Notes: generated from the sequence alone by a model not told the origin. Shown: positions 36,777-50,919, counted from the first letter of the whole stretch. The stretch: DNA of 63,984 nt, filler included, from Hyphochytrium catenoides (GCA_900088475.1; 11 parts of 11 records of this genome joined end to end with filler, not necessarily neighbours in it); one strand, 5' to 3'. Translations and numbers: made by a program.

Positions 36777-39700
36777 CTCTCTCACTCTCTCTCTCTCTCT
36801 CTCTCACCCCCTCTCTGCTTGAAGTAATAATGAGGCCAGCACAAGCGCCCAAGAGACGGCATGGGGAGCAATTCAGTCACTTAAGAGAAGGCCATTCGTG
36901 AGACAGAATCTAAAAAGGAACGAACCAGACTCGAAGACAGATTGAGTTAAAACCTTAGCGAAGACTATAGTGATGGCTCTCAAAGAGGTAGAGAAAAAAA
37001 CAGCAAGAGATAGATGAGGAGGGAGACAGAAATACGAGGAAAGGAAAGGAAGGAGCCGCAGTAGGAGAGAAGCCACACCACAGCCCAGACACCAGAGCTA
37101 CTACTGGGGAAGTTCTGAAGCCAGCGTTTTTATGTGGTGTTTTATCCAAGTTTTTGCAGTTGATTCATTCGAACAAAGGGAAAACAACATTACGACATAA
37201 GTTTCAATATGATTATCAGAATAGTGATTTGAGGATCACTGGGGAATCTGCCCAACGATCTGATAACTGCGCAGACATTACGAAGAAATTTCTGCCAGCT
37301 GAAGATGCAAGATTTGCTGGGTTATTGGTCTTCCGGACATCCATGTTCCGTCTTTCTTTATAATGCGCGGCGCTATTAGCTAGCGGATGATGCTCCTACC
37401 GCGGCCGACAGCTGGTGATGTGCCGCCGGTCCGATGTGGCCATCTTGCTGCTATAGCTAGCTGTCGAACAAGACTCTTTGTTGGCTCTTCCAACAGAGAA
37501 GACGAGAAGGTTCCGACTTCTTTGTCAGCATAGACGACACTAACTGCGGCTAGTAGAACCTGAAGCTTTGTTTGTTCTCACGGATGACCGTGCTGACCTA
37601 TTTCGTTTTTAGAGACCGATGGCTGATGTTGTCATCTTAGCAGGAGCATGATGAAGGTGCGTGACGATGATAGTGGTAAGCAGGGTGGTTGTTGTCCGCT
37701 TATGATGAGCTCGTCGTTTATCGATAGAACCCATAATAAACAATGTCATCACCCGGCTTATTATGTTTTAGCACTATAACACAATGCTACGCCGCTTCTC
37801 CTCAAGGCCAAACCCAAGGCAACAGGAGGGGGAAGCAGCTTGCTGCTATAATATCGGTCACAGACAATTGGAGACCCACCAGTCCTTGTAGCATCATCAG
37901 TAGTCTTGGTAATGTCCTCTCCTCGCCCTCCTCTGTGCGATCCTGCTGTTGCTGTATGTCGATAATAACAAGTGAGCCTAAGAAACAATAGAAGAATGGG
38001 AACTCCTGCTGCTCCTGTTTGTTATGCGACTGCTACGACGATGATGGACGATTGACCGCCATTGTCGTTGATGCGGCGCACAACAAGCACCACGATCTCC
38101 TTCTCTTTGCCTGCCGATATTTTCCCTTTCCGTGCTCGGTTTTCCTGTCTCTGCATTGCTGCTTCCCTTCTTTCTGCTCCTATCAATCCTCCTCTCCTTC
38201 TCCAACCATCGATAGTGCTGTTGTTCAGACCATTGTCTTTATTATGTCTTTATTGGTAGGCAGGGAAGGGAAGAAGAAGAGAAGACAAAGTTTAATAAGG
38301 ACAGGAATGGCTCCAGCACTTTCTCCATGTAGTAAGGATTGGCGGATTGGCGGCCGTGGCCTTTGCTATAATATCTGATTATCACGGGCAATACGACGTA
38401 GTGGCAACAACCAAACAAGAGAAGATGGAGAAAGGCAGTCAATCCCAGAGAGGATAAGAATGCCGAGCAGGGAGGACGACAGCTTTCATCAGCAAGGACA
38501 GGCCAAGGCGTCCATGAACAAAAAGGCAGTGCTAGCCATCATGAGAGAGAGAGAGGGCCATTAAGAGCGACGGCAAGAGCAAAGAGGAACTCTACAAGGG
38601 ACGGTGCTCACCGTCATTGTCTTTCTGACAGGATCTCCTTTATTACGGGAGGAACACTGATTCATTGACCGAAGAAATAAAAGCAACAACGGCCTGTCAG
38701 TCTCTTAGGAGCCTGTCCTCGCTCCTCCTTCTCCCTTCACCTCATGCTCGGGAAAGGATGGGAAAGTTGCTGTGAGCCTCTACGTCGTATTGCCACTGGA
38801 AGTCTCCCTTTTGAGGTGATTAAGGGAAGTAGCCGACCGCCCCCTTTCTGATTCATCGCTAAAAACGAAATCATCGGAAAGCCCCTCCCCGGCACCCGGT
38901 CACGTTTGGGAGATGTAGAACGTAGTAGCGTCCGCAGGAAGGAATATAAGGGACGATGAGAAGGAAGAAGAGGAATCCAGATAGGACACACTGGGCATAG
39001 GAAGGGAGAAATGAGGAAGAAGAGGAATGAAACAAGTCAGGGAGGAACGCCTACAAGTCAGGGAGGAACGCCTAGCACCTTCAGCTCTGAACAACTTCCT
39101 TGGCACGTGCAAGACACCACTATTCAGCCGCACCAGCTCCTTCAGTGTATGTGGACTGACATAACCCGGTCAATTGCTTGTGCAGGTTACAGCAGGAAAG
39201 GTTTGCAGGGAGGCAAATAGAGCCACAGGCACTCGCAGAGAGGTCAAGGCAGGCCCTATGATGAGGGCAATGGCAATAGAGAGGGCACAACGTGGTGTGA
39301 CGTCGATGCGGCTTGCAGTGAGATATCAGGTAAAGGTACAATTGAATTCAATGAGAAAGATGCCGCTAGAGCGCAGATATCCACATCTTTCTCGCCTTAT
39401 GCACAAAGGGCAAGTATTCAAGCTAGCTGGATCTTCCTCAGGTCGTGCAGCTCGCTTCACTATCTCTCTTATTGCGCTCTGAAGCGTTTTAACTAGAAAG
39501 TAAGCAGGAGAGACCGATAGGAAAGTGAGCAGATAGTAGTGAAAGTTCCACAGCAGCTGCAGCTAATTTTTAAGTCAAGAAGGAGAGAAGATGGCGTGGC
39601 CTAGCCACCCCGACAGAGACAACTGCCACTCTGGTCAAACGTCATTTGCAATCAAACGGCCCTGTTATACTTATGCTTCTCAGCATCACACGACAAAAAA

Positions 39701-41464
39701 AGCAGAAAGGAGCAAGCAGAGATGTGCAAGAGAAAGAAGACGTCAGAGATTTTAAAAGTAGTTCCCTGTGAGGAACAGAAGACTGAGAGCATCATCACTA
39801 GTAGTTGAATGATGAGGGCTACTGAGCTCCTTCTCTCCTCGCAAGTAAAAGTACCGGCCGAGGGCCTTCCCCAAGTGGAAGGTTCTTGAATAAGGCCCTA
39901 TACCAAGTAAAGAGTTAACTCTTCTCAGAGAACCTAGGTCTTTCAATTTCCAGATGGAAAGAACTACCCGACTCCCCTGCCTGCGGGGAGAACTGAAGAG
40001 GAGAGATACTTCTTGTTGCAGACCAAGAAAAGAAGAGAGAAGGGCTGTCGTCTCAGGAAGAAACTATGGAAGAAAATAGAAAAGTGATGACGAGCGAGAA
40101 CTGGGAGGAAGAATGAAGCGGGGAGAACTGCAGCAGCCAGCGGACAGCAGACGGGCTGGTAACGGAAGTAATATCCATCATCAGCCTTTCTTTTCCTGTT
40201 GCTCCGTATTCCTGCTAGTTCCCTGCTTTGCTTCTCTTAGATTGTTGACTCGAAGTCGTCCTTCATCTAGAAAGGGAATATGTAAGGAAGACCGACGGAC
40301 GATGATGAAGTACAAGCGGACTGACTGCTGGGCGGGAAGTGCGGGGTTGTTTGCATAGAAGAGCATGAGAGGGAAGACATTCCGATTGATCGGCCAGCTG
40401 CGGTCAACAAGCTTCCTGGCAGAAGTGGAGACAGCGGGAACGTAGACGACAGGCAGAGAAGGGACTACCTTGACCTCTCAGGAAACTAATGGCCCAGAAA
40501 AGCAGGGGCAGAAGGGGGAGCCAGAGATGATGAAGGGTTAAGGACAAAGAGAGCCAGAAAGATGGAAGATTGGCGGACATAGACACTGGGGAAGAGAGAG
40601 ACAGAGCGAAGCAGAGAGAGGACGGCCAGGCACAATGATGATGGTGCCACGTAACCGACGAGATGACAGCAGAAGAGCGAAGGCCATGGTCAGCTAACTT
40701 TGCACCAGCACCACGTCCATGCATGAAACAAGGGGAACGGAGGCAGAGCTACCCAGAGAGAGATCATCAAACAGAGAGTAGAAGAAAAGATAACAAGAGA
40801 AAGACAAAGAGAAAGGAGAGATAAGGGGAAAGAATGAGAGAAAGGAGAGGGAAGGGATAGAGAGAGAGAGGAAAAGAGAGACGAAGAGAGAGCGAGAGAG
40901 AGGGAGAGAGAGGGAGAGAGAGAGGAGAGGGAGAAGAAAGAGAGAGAGAGAGAGAGAGAGGAAGAGAGGGAGAAGAGAGAGAGANNNNNNNNNNNNNNNN
41001 NNNNNNNNNNNNNNNNNNNNNNNNNNNNTTAATTAATTAANNNNNNNNNNNNNNNNNNNNNNNNNNNNNNNNNNNNNNNNNNNNGAAGACCATCAAAGAA
41101 CAGCAAAGGAAGAAAGAGCGCGTGGCGAAAACAGACAGAGAGGGAGAGAGAAAAGACAAAGAGAAAGAGAGACAGTAAAGAAAGAAAGAAAAAAAATAGA
41201 AAGAGGAAGAGCGAGATGGAAACAGAGGAGAGAGAAAGGGAGTGGTAGCGAGGAAGAAAAGAAGGAGAGAGAGAGCGAGCACGAGAAAGAAGAAGCAAAG
41301 ACAAAGACAAGAGAGAAAGAAAGAGAGCGAGAGAAGACACAGAAAAAATGGGAGTCAGCGGAACTACATCACCAGAGCAAGGACAAAAATTATATAAAAA
41401 AAGAGAGAGAGCAAGGACAGAGGAAGAAGCTCTCATAGACAGATAAAAAGATGGAGAGAGGGAA

Positions 41465-41510
<46 letters not shown>

Positions 41511-41522
41511 AGAGAGAATTAC

Positions 41523-42457
41523 CTATCCTCGTACTCTATTCCACGGACTCTCCGTGTCTTTTGCAGTTTCTTGGGGACAGGGATAGAGTTGGACTGTGGC
41601 GCATCCCCAGGAGTCTTTCTCTTCTTGGAGAGAGTCCCATTCTCTCCTGCTTTCTGCTGTGTCTCTCCTTTCCTCGTCTCTCCTTTCTCTTCTTTCCCCT
41701 TGTCCAAGACTTTCTCTTCCTTAGCCTTCGACCCCTGGATTTTCTTCTTTTCTACTTTTGGTGCCGTCTCCCTCTCTCTCTCCTCTTTGGCCTTCTTCTC
41801 TTTCTGTCCTTTAGCCTCTGAGGCTTGGCTTTTCTCTCTCTTTTCCTGATTCTCTCTTTCGTTTTCTCTCTGTCCGTCAAGTCCTTTCTTCTTGGAGAGA
41901 GAGGCAGGCGGTGCTCTTTCTTGTTCCTCTTTCTCTTCTTCGGACTCTTCTTCTTCGGAGTCTTCGTCTTCCTCGGAGTCTTCTTCCGATTCTGAGTCTC
42001 TCTCTTCTCCCTGACGAGACGCTAGAAACTCTTCCTCTTCTCCGGAGAGAGAGCTGTCCTCTCTCTCTTCGTCGTTTTCATCTTCGTCTCTCTCTCTCTC
42101 TCCGTCGAGCAGGTCATTTGCCTCAAAGGACGCCACAACGTGCACTGTCTGGCTCCCTAAAGTACTGAAATCTACCAGAAGATCCTCCTCTAGCGCAGGG
42201 AACTCTAGGGTCAGAGGGAGAGACAGAGACAGAGAGAGAGAGAGCGCGCAAACGAGATGTTTGACCTCTTGCTCCGTCTCTCCTTGAGGAGGGAGAGAGA
42301 CGTAGAGATAAGTGACTCTCTCCTCTTCTCTCTCTTTCTCTCTCTCCGGACCTAGCGTGGCAGACTTTAAATGTAAGACCGTGCCTTCAGGGACAATGAC
42401 GCGCTGAGGTTGGGAAGGGAGAAGAGAGAAGCCATGGAAGAAAGGATACTCGGCCAT
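41523..42457 (-). CDS. Nucleoplasmin-like (NPL) histone chaperone, probably NPL-FKBP (Fpr3/Fpr4/FKBP53 class); first exon, 3' part uncertain beyond an intron and a spacer
   Basis: MAEYPFFHGFSL..VLHLKSATLG..LYVSL..HLVCAL..LTLEF..FSTLGSQTVHVVASF fits the NPL pattern. It is followed by a long Asp/Glu tract, a Lys-rich region, then RGIEYED (typical FKBP domain start) and a GT donor at 41522. Confidence 0.7.
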
Positions 42458-43449
42458 GGGAACAAGAGGAGGCGGAGAGACTTTCTTTCTCTCTTTCTCT
42501 TCTCTCCTGAGCCCATTCTTCTCCCCTTTTCTGCCTCTCTGAGCCTTCATCTTCCTCTCTGCAAGGGTTGGAGGACTGAGAAGAGTCTCTACTAGGGGCC
42601 TCAGGGATCTGGTTGTTCTTTAAACGGGAGAGAGAGAAAGCCGATTGTGACGGATGTAAGCGGCTCTCCTGGCAAAGGAAAGGAAGGGTTAGGCAACAAA
42701 GAGGCAAATAGCTTCCAGAACCACTTGAGGTGAAAAGGAAGCACCAGGAGGAGGAGACAGGACGAGAGAGGAAGAGAGAGAGGGAGGGGAGCGGGGGGAG
42801 GAGAGAGAGAGAGAGAGAGGGAGAGAGAGAGAGAGAGAGANNNNNNNNNNNNNNNNNNNNNNNNNNNNNNNNNNNNNNNNNNNNTTAATTAATTAANNNN
42901 NNNNNNNNNNNNNNNNNNNNNNNNNNNNNNNNNNNNNNNNTCTCCTACTACTTCGCCTTCTATCTATCTTGGAACCTTGCTGGCTTCTCCACCGCCGGAC
43001 GCGCGGCCCGGTGACTGTGGAGGAGAAGGCGAAGCGGTCATCAGCACTCTTTCCTCTCTGGCTTCTCTGGTCGTCTGGCCTCGCTCTCCTTCCTCTCATG
43101 AGTCATGAGGCTTCCTTCTTCTGAAGAATGAAGCAACGAAGCGTCAAAGTCTGAAGCTTTCAGGTGAAGAATACTTCTTTACTGAAATCAAAGATTAGTT
43201 TTATTTCGGTACAAATTAAATATTTCATGGCGCAGAGTTTCAGTCAATGTTGAAACGTTCAAAGGATAACCTGAAGTTCCGAGGGGACATCTGGTACTTC
43301 CTGTCCCTTGCAGAAGAGGACCATGTCCCCGACCTCAGAGTTTATTCCCTGTACAAGAGCTGACGGTCCGGTTGCACAGGTCTGGATGATGTTCCCACCA
43401 CTTCTTCCCGCCAAAAACAGAGGGAGGAGAGGGAGAGAGAGATGACCAG

Positions 43450-43493
<44 letters not shown>

Positions 43494-43781
43494 CCAAGGC
43501 AGGAGAGAAAGAGGAAGAGCCCGAGAGAGAGCGAGAAAGAGAAAGGGACGAGGGGAAGAGTGATGGTGTCGATGTCTCCCCTTCAGTGTAGTTGCATGTA
43601 AGGCACTCCCTCGCCAAGGCTGTCCCATCGGTGCGCCATCGTCCAACCCTCAGAACTGCAGCTCAATTCCCACGCCGCACGCTGCTGCTTCATCTCTTTC
43701 TTTGACAGCCATCACCGGCTCATATCTCCTTCCACGCTCTCGATGCCCTGAGAGACATTAGAACTTTAGATCGCTGTGCGG

Positions 43782-46700
43782 ATGCTGCCGCGCCTCCTGC
43801 GCGTCGGTGGTCCCGAGCTTCGAGCACGCAAGCACGTTACTTTCATCATCACATTGCGACCGCTAGGAGGACCTCTCCTGCCAAGAAGAGCCATGGCCTC
43901 AAGTGAGACAGACTTACGAAATCCTCCCCTCCCTCACCAAAGACTGACCGCTACACTCCCCCTCCTCCATTCTTGGTCCTGTGTAGAGACGAAGAAGCCA
44001 AAGGTCACTAATAATCAGACCACCATCGGGTAAGGGAAAGAGGTAATAGCTTACGGTCAGGGGCTACCGAAGGATGAGCAGGTGCAGATAGAACAGAGAA
44101 AGACGGTGGAGAGAATGACCTGCTATTTAAATGCTTGCCAGTATAAGGTGCTAACTTGAGGGCGTCACAGTGCTTTCTTCAAGCCTAAGAATGGGACCCT
44201 CAAAGAAACAGAATCTCTCAGCGCGGCAGCTGCGACTTCACGGTCAGCTGACGCTCTTGAACCGTGAGACCGCTCCCTAATCTCCCTGTCCGTTCTGCTT
44301 TCACAACTCTTTCCTTCTTTACTTTTTTATTCTGGTGGCTTCTTCTCCTGCTATTTCTGTTCTCTCCTCTTAACTCTTCCTTATCCGCTTCTGACTTCTC
44401 TCTGCCCTTTTTTAGTCCTGACTCTGTTCTATTTGTTTCCTCTCCGGCTTACTCTTGCATTGCCCAGGGCCATTGAAGAGGCATTATTTGTCCCAGAGAA
44501 GAGAAGTCCAGAGGATGACGAGCAGAGCTCTAGCGAGGAGCCGGACGCAGAGATAGTCACCAAAGGTGAGACGCTGCGCAGGAGGAAAAGAGACGACAAG
44601 GAGAAGATTATAGACACTATGAGAGAGCTATCAGACCAAGAGAGAGTGGGAGGTGGAGACTAGTAAGAGCCGCATCTCTCCATTAAGAAAAGGACAAAGA
44701 AAACAAGAGAATGAGGTGGGAGCTTGGTCTTGGTGTCCTGTCCTGGACTCACATTAGGCGTGCCTTAGGCCGGAAGAGGCTACGGAAAGGCGCGAGTAAG
44801 CAGTCAGATAGCGAGACCGCCGGCGCACTCTCTACAACGAATGTGACAGTGACAGAAGAGACAGAGTGAGTATTGAAAATTGGCCATTCCAAGATCACGA
44901 TTGTGCTTCGCCTTAAACGGAGGAAGAAAAATCGGGCTTTTGATTCTTTATTACTTCTGCATTTGGTTAAGAGATCACGGATGTGTCTCTCATCTAGCTT
45001 ACCCTCTCAGGAGGAAGGAGGACGCTGGCGAAGTGACAGAGACAAAGACTACGGAGGTAGAAGTGGAAACGCCCAGGTAAACAGCCAAAACGTTGCTAAG
45101 CGGAACTATCAGAGAAAGGACGGCAAACCGAGAGAGACGGAGAAAGAACCAAACGCCCGCAGCCTCTCTTATTTCCTTTTCCATCATTTTGCAGTGGATT
45201 CTTCAGCCAGACGAAGAAGGAGAAAAAAGTGACAGATGCTGAGGAGAAGCTGATGTCCGAAGCGGCTTGGAAAGAGGGTGAGCGGTAAGCCATTTCTATC
45301 TTCCTATCTCCGTAGTGGAAAGAGTGGAAGGGAGAGTAACATAAAGGCCAAGAAATTCTGACTGCGGCATGCACTCATTTCGACAGGGTTCCCTACGCGG
45401 CAGTGGCGCAGGTCTTCAGCAGAATCGAAGTCATCACTGGCCGGTAGGATGTCTCTCAGCATTACCATGCTCTATATGCCAAGTCACCTCGCATCCTTTG
45501 CCGTGCGCATCTCTAGTCCTCCTCCTTCTTCGGGAGGACTGCATACCTTCGTTTGCTGGGATCTCTTCATTCTTTGATTGTCTTTCTTCAGTGGACGTTA
45601 CTGATCCGTACCCATCGTCCCATTATTCACCGACTCAGCCTCGAGATCCAGAGCATTGTCACCAACTTCTTTAGGCAAGTGATCCGCCTCTCTCCGGACG
45701 ATCTGTTGCCTGCCGTCTATCTCTGCTGCAACAAGGTGAGCCTACCTTTTCCAGCTCCCCGGCCATCTTTGCTTCCTTGGCAATGTATCTATGCTACTAG
45801 TACTCACAACTTCTGCCAGAAGGACGGTCTTTCTGGGCTTCTCCTTTTCCCGTTCGGCGTATCTCTTTGTCAATTGATGTTTGAGTGGCGATTGTATGCT
45901 GCAAGTTCTTCCGTACCCACATGTCTCTGTCTGTTGCCATGCGCTCGCGCGATTATTGCCTGACGCTGGACTCTAGTTTGCTCCCGCTTGCGAGGGAGTG
46001 GAGATTGGAATTGGGGACTCGTTGCTCATCAAAGCCATAGGTAAAAAAGAACAAGCCTCTTCTTTTTCCCTTCGCTCAGCATTCATAACCAGCAATAGCA
46101 GGATTAATGTTCTCTCTCTTCTCTCCCTCTCTCTCCCCCCTCCTCCCCACTGGCGTCATCTAGTCGAGTCAGCTGGTAAGTCGGCGGCAATAGTCAAGCA
46201 GGAGTACGAAGAGGTGGGAGACTTGGGCATCGTCGCGGAGCGGGCAAAGAAGAAACAGGTAAAGCTTGTCTCCTGCTCCGGCCTTTGGCAGCACCGTTTT
46301 CCCAGTTTGTCTTACATTGTCATGTGTGGAGGTCCATCGCTTTAAATTTTCGTACTGCTTGGAGATCGGTCCCTCCCTTTACTCTTCAGGCTCCTATGTA
46401 GTCGCGTTTTCGTAAGCCGCGGTCTCATCTTTTCGTTAATTCTTCCCATAGACGACTCTCTTCAACTTTAAGCCCGCCCCGTTGACGATGAGGAAGGTCT
46501 GGGAGACCCTGCTCGCCATCGCAAAAGAGACAGGAGGACAGAGTCAAGCAAGGAAGGTTGGGATCATAAAGCAGCTGCTTGTCGCTGCGGAAGGGCCGGA
46601 GGCTAGGTATATCGTCCGGGCGTTACAGGTGAGGCAGAGACGGAGAGAAGAAGGGTTCCTCATGAGAGGGCGATGGCTCGTGATAACAGCAGGAGACAGG

Positions 46701-49700
46701 GCAAAAGTACTTAGCACCAAGAAGTGGCGGACTAGGGAGATACAAGAGACGAGTCTTTCTCTAACCGATTCCACTTGTCTTTCTTTGGGTGCCCTCTCCT
46801 CCTTCCTATTCAAGGGAAAGCTTCGCATTGGGCTGGCTGAGCAGTCGGTGTTGACGTCCCTCGCCCATGCCTTCGTACTCAAGGACAACAAGAAGAAGCT
46901 CCCGGAGGGAGAGATGCAAAAGCTTCTCAGTGCCGCTGAAGGAACGGTAAAGCAAGTATACAGCGAGTGTCCTAACTATGCAGAGCTCGTTCCAGCGCTG
47001 CTTGAGCTCGGGTTGGATCGGGTGCATGAAAGATGTCACCTCAAAGCAGGTTCGACGGAACTATGTACTTCTCTTCTGCTTAAGGTCTCGCCATCGTCGG
47101 TTCAACGACCGTGATGGATTCCAAGTCTCTGTAAACGAGAGTTTCTCCTCTCACCTTTCTTTTTAAAACGACACGTTTTTCTAATACTGCCCGTTCTTGT
47201 CTTCTAATGATGCTAAAAGAAAGTCTGCCCTTATTCATCTCCTTCTTACTAGTCTTCGGACTTGAGGTCAATTCGCTCTGCTGGTGCTTCTGGGCTCTTG
47301 TTCCCTCGTTTAATGAAGAGCTATGTGTATAGGGTCCCCTGTCCAGCCGATGCTTGCCAAGCCTACAAAGGGCATCTCTGCCATCCTCGACCGCTTCCAG
47401 GGTCTTGCCTTCACATCTGAATATAAATATGACGGAGAAAGAGCACAGGTGAGCTCCTGTCTCTATACGTGCCTTGGCCAGAGTCATTGCCAGATTCCCT
47501 AAGGCCTCTGTTCCTTATAGATCCATATAACGGATGACGGAACAGTCAAGATTTACAGCCGGAACATGGAGGACCACACTGGGAAATATCCCGACCTGAT
47601 CAACTATATGACGCAGGTGAGATCTAAGGGACATGGGGCGGGGCACTCTGCGGAAGACCGCCGCTTCTATTTAGCGGGAACAGTCCGACGGGGTGAGAGA
47701 CGATAGATGTTGCTCGCCTGGTAGGGAAGCGGGCACGGCGGAAATTTATCATCGTCAGCATCCGCTTTACGATTCCTCATGCTCCATTCGTACTGAGAAT
47801 GACAGGCTTCTATAGTAGAGGACAGTAACAGAAACTTCGAAGTGAGAGAGAAAGGACAAGAGACAGGAGTAAGAGAGAAGTCGGTAGCAAGTATTTGCAC
47901 CATGGCTGTGGCGACGCTTGTGGTGGCGCGTGCGAGCAGTCCAGAGGAGCTCAGGGGAAGAGTTCGGTGGAGGTCGACGACTAACCTTTTCAACTGCTCT
48001 ATTTATAGCACAAGTGGGAAAAGGTGAAGTCAGCGGTGGTGGACTGCGAGGTAGTCGCCTTCGACCGAGAGCAACAAAAGCTTCTTCCCTTCCAGGTGCT
48101 AAGTACTCGAAGCAGGAAGGTGAGAGAAACAACGTGTCTCGCTTTCTATCTCCGCCTTCCCTCTTCTCCTCCTAACGAAAACGATCATCGTTCAGTCCTC
48201 TCTCCATGGACCTCTCTCGCTCTCGTAACTCAAGGCTCATCACATCTCTCTCTTCAAACCCAAGGACGTCACTCAGGAGAATATCAAGGTTCAGGTCATA
48301 CTCTTCGCCTTCGACCTGCTTTATCTTAATGGCGAGGTACGTTTCATCCTGCCCCCACGTCCTTAAGGATTTTCTCTCTCATTGTGCCACTCGGATCTCT
48401 TCTTCCGCGATCTCTCTCTTTCTCTCTCACACACCGTTGCTCATTTCGACTGTTTATCAGTCTCTCCTACGGAAAACGTTCCGCGAGCGCCGTTCGCTGC
48501 TGCAGTCAAACCTTTCAGAAGAAGAGGGAAAGTTCCAATTCGCTACGGGTCAGGACGCGACAGAGATTGATAGCATCCAAAGTTTCTTAGAGCAGTCGAT
48601 CAAGGATAACTGCGAGGGGCTGATGCTTAAGACTCTGGACAAGGACGCTTTCTACACGCCTTCCAGGAGGACTTTCAGCTGGCTAAAGGTAGGGAGCAAA
48701 CGACCTCATAGGATATGGATAACGAAAGCAAAGGCAAGAGGGATGACCTGGAAGAGGGCGGAGAGGCACGCCGGTAGTGAGAGTTGTGAAAGAAAAGTGC
48801 GGAGACCTTGACAGAGGTTAGAGGACGCTCCTATCATCCTGAACTAGTGAGAGAGGCGATTGAATATACTCGTGACTTGGGTTGAGTTGACAGGAGCATG
48901 AACACATAGCGAGGAAATGAGGGCGGAAAGGACCTACGAACAGAGGCAAGACTTCCAAGGCTGACAACCCAAACCGCCTGATATCCTCTTTCTCTCTCTC
49001 TATCAGCTCAAGAAGGACTATTTGGATGGATTTGGGGATTCCCTGGACTTAGTGCCCATCGGCGCTTACCATGGAAGAGGAAAGAGGACGGGAACGTATG
49101 GCGCGTATCTGCTGGCGTGTTATAATGAAGCTGCTGAGGAATATCAGACCGTGTGCAAGGTGAGCGAGGATATGTGTCTATAGGGTGCAGCTGAAAATGG
49201 GGTGCTTTGGGGGTCTGCCGAGGCTTTGTCCTTCTCTATAATCTCTCTCGCTGTCTTTTTCTCCCATTTCCTCTATGTGTGCCTCTCTTTCCGGCGTTGA
49301 TAAGACTTCCACCTCACGCATGGACCATCGTCATCAATCTCCGAAGCGACCCCGACTCTGTATTAGCTGAATATTCTTTCTCCCAGCGCCCTAATTGACA
49401 TCCCACAAACGGCATTGCGCTAATACCTTCTTTCTCTCACCATTCTCTCACTTGTTGCCTCGATATCCTTCTCTGCCTCACTCACGGCATCTCCTCGCTT
49501 CCTGATTCTGATCAGATTGGCACGGGGCTCTCGGACGTACAGTTAAAGGAGTTCTCAGACCTTCTGCGAGACCAGGTGGCTCCGGCTCCGCCCAGTTACT
49601 ATTCGTTCTCAGAGGCGCTACAGCCGGACGTGTGGTTCATGCCCAACCAAGTCTGGGAGATAAAGTGCGCAGACCTCTCCATCTCTCCCAACCACACCGC

Positions 49701-50254
49701 AGCAATGGGCATTGTAAGGACCTGCTAGGGCATATAGAGAACATATAGGATGACGTCTAACTCACCTTCTCCTTTTCTCTCCTCTTTCTTTTCTCCCTGG
49801 CTTCCTACTTTTGACGCTGCCTTCGTCTACCTCTATGATCACGTACTGCTTTTCTTCGTCGCCCCTTGGGGATCCCTCTTCTTCTATTGGCGTGTGTCTG
49901 CCTGCACCCTCGCGCTCCTCATTTGTCTCTTTTTCCGAAGTTGGCACCCGATAAGGGCATAGCACTTAGATTTCCTAGGTTTTTGCGAATTAGAGAAGAC
50001 AAGAAGCCGGAAGAAGCAACCACTGGCACACAGGTAAAGAGGGCTCTCTTCCCGCGCTGTCTCCCATTGTCAATGCACATGCTTTCCCTTCTACTCTGCC
50101 GAGATCCTCTTACGCGCCCAGTTCTTTCCCCTCTCCTGCTTCGTCCCCTGTCTCCCACTCATGGCCAAATGAATGAATGTAGGTGGCCGAGTTTTATCGC
50201 GCTCAAGGGCTGCACCAGCAGAACCAACAAGACGATGCAAACGATGAGCTCTAG
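43782..50254 (+). CDS. LIG1: DNA ligase I (ATP-dependent), about 22 exons
   Basis: PIP box QTTIGAFF; [61 protein letters not shown]; active-site [12 protein letters not shown]; [27 protein letters not shown]; stop TAG at 50252-50254. Confidence 0.95.
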
Positions 50255-50586
50255 GAGACTATTCCCATCTTTTCAATATATCATAACCACCGACCCCTGA
50301 GGGTGAACAGTCGGCGTTCCTGATGAGAGGAAAGCGATAGACGCTATAATAGCACAACCCTGCAGTCTGCTTGGCTCCGTAAGTGTCGGCTGGACGTGCT
50401 CTACTCATCTCCCTCATCAGACATCACTTGCACGCCCTCACTTTGTATTAACCCTGCTGGGTGCCTGTTCATCATGTCTGGATAGTCTACAGCAGGGAGG
50501 GAAGAGATGGTCGAGGGATAGAGATAGATACTAGGAGGCTTGGCTCTCAAAGCAGAAACGACACAAGAGAGAGAAAGGAGAGAAAG

Positions 50587-50635
<49 letters not shown>

Positions 50636-50883
50636 AAAGGGAGAAAGTCAACAAATCTTTGACTAAATGATACTTTCCGCAATGTATGTGGTCACGCAAG
50701 GTTTGAAATATACCCAGCTTAGAGTTTATAAGACTGATGAGGGGACTGTAACAATTACATTGTTGAATCTTTCAATTGGATGTGAAGCTGGGTTTGCGTT
50801 CTGACAGCGGAGGATGATGTGGCGAGAGCGAGCGAGGGAGAGACATGGACGCTGCTTTTGGGCATTGGATGACGCGGTAAAAA

Positions 50884-50919
<36 letters not shown>

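Noticed and set aside
39050-40500. Downstream FKBP exons for the NPL gene (FLRGQG, GSRVVL, TFHLGK fragments)
   Set aside because: Only weak resemblance, I could not build a consistent frame, and they lie across a spacer.
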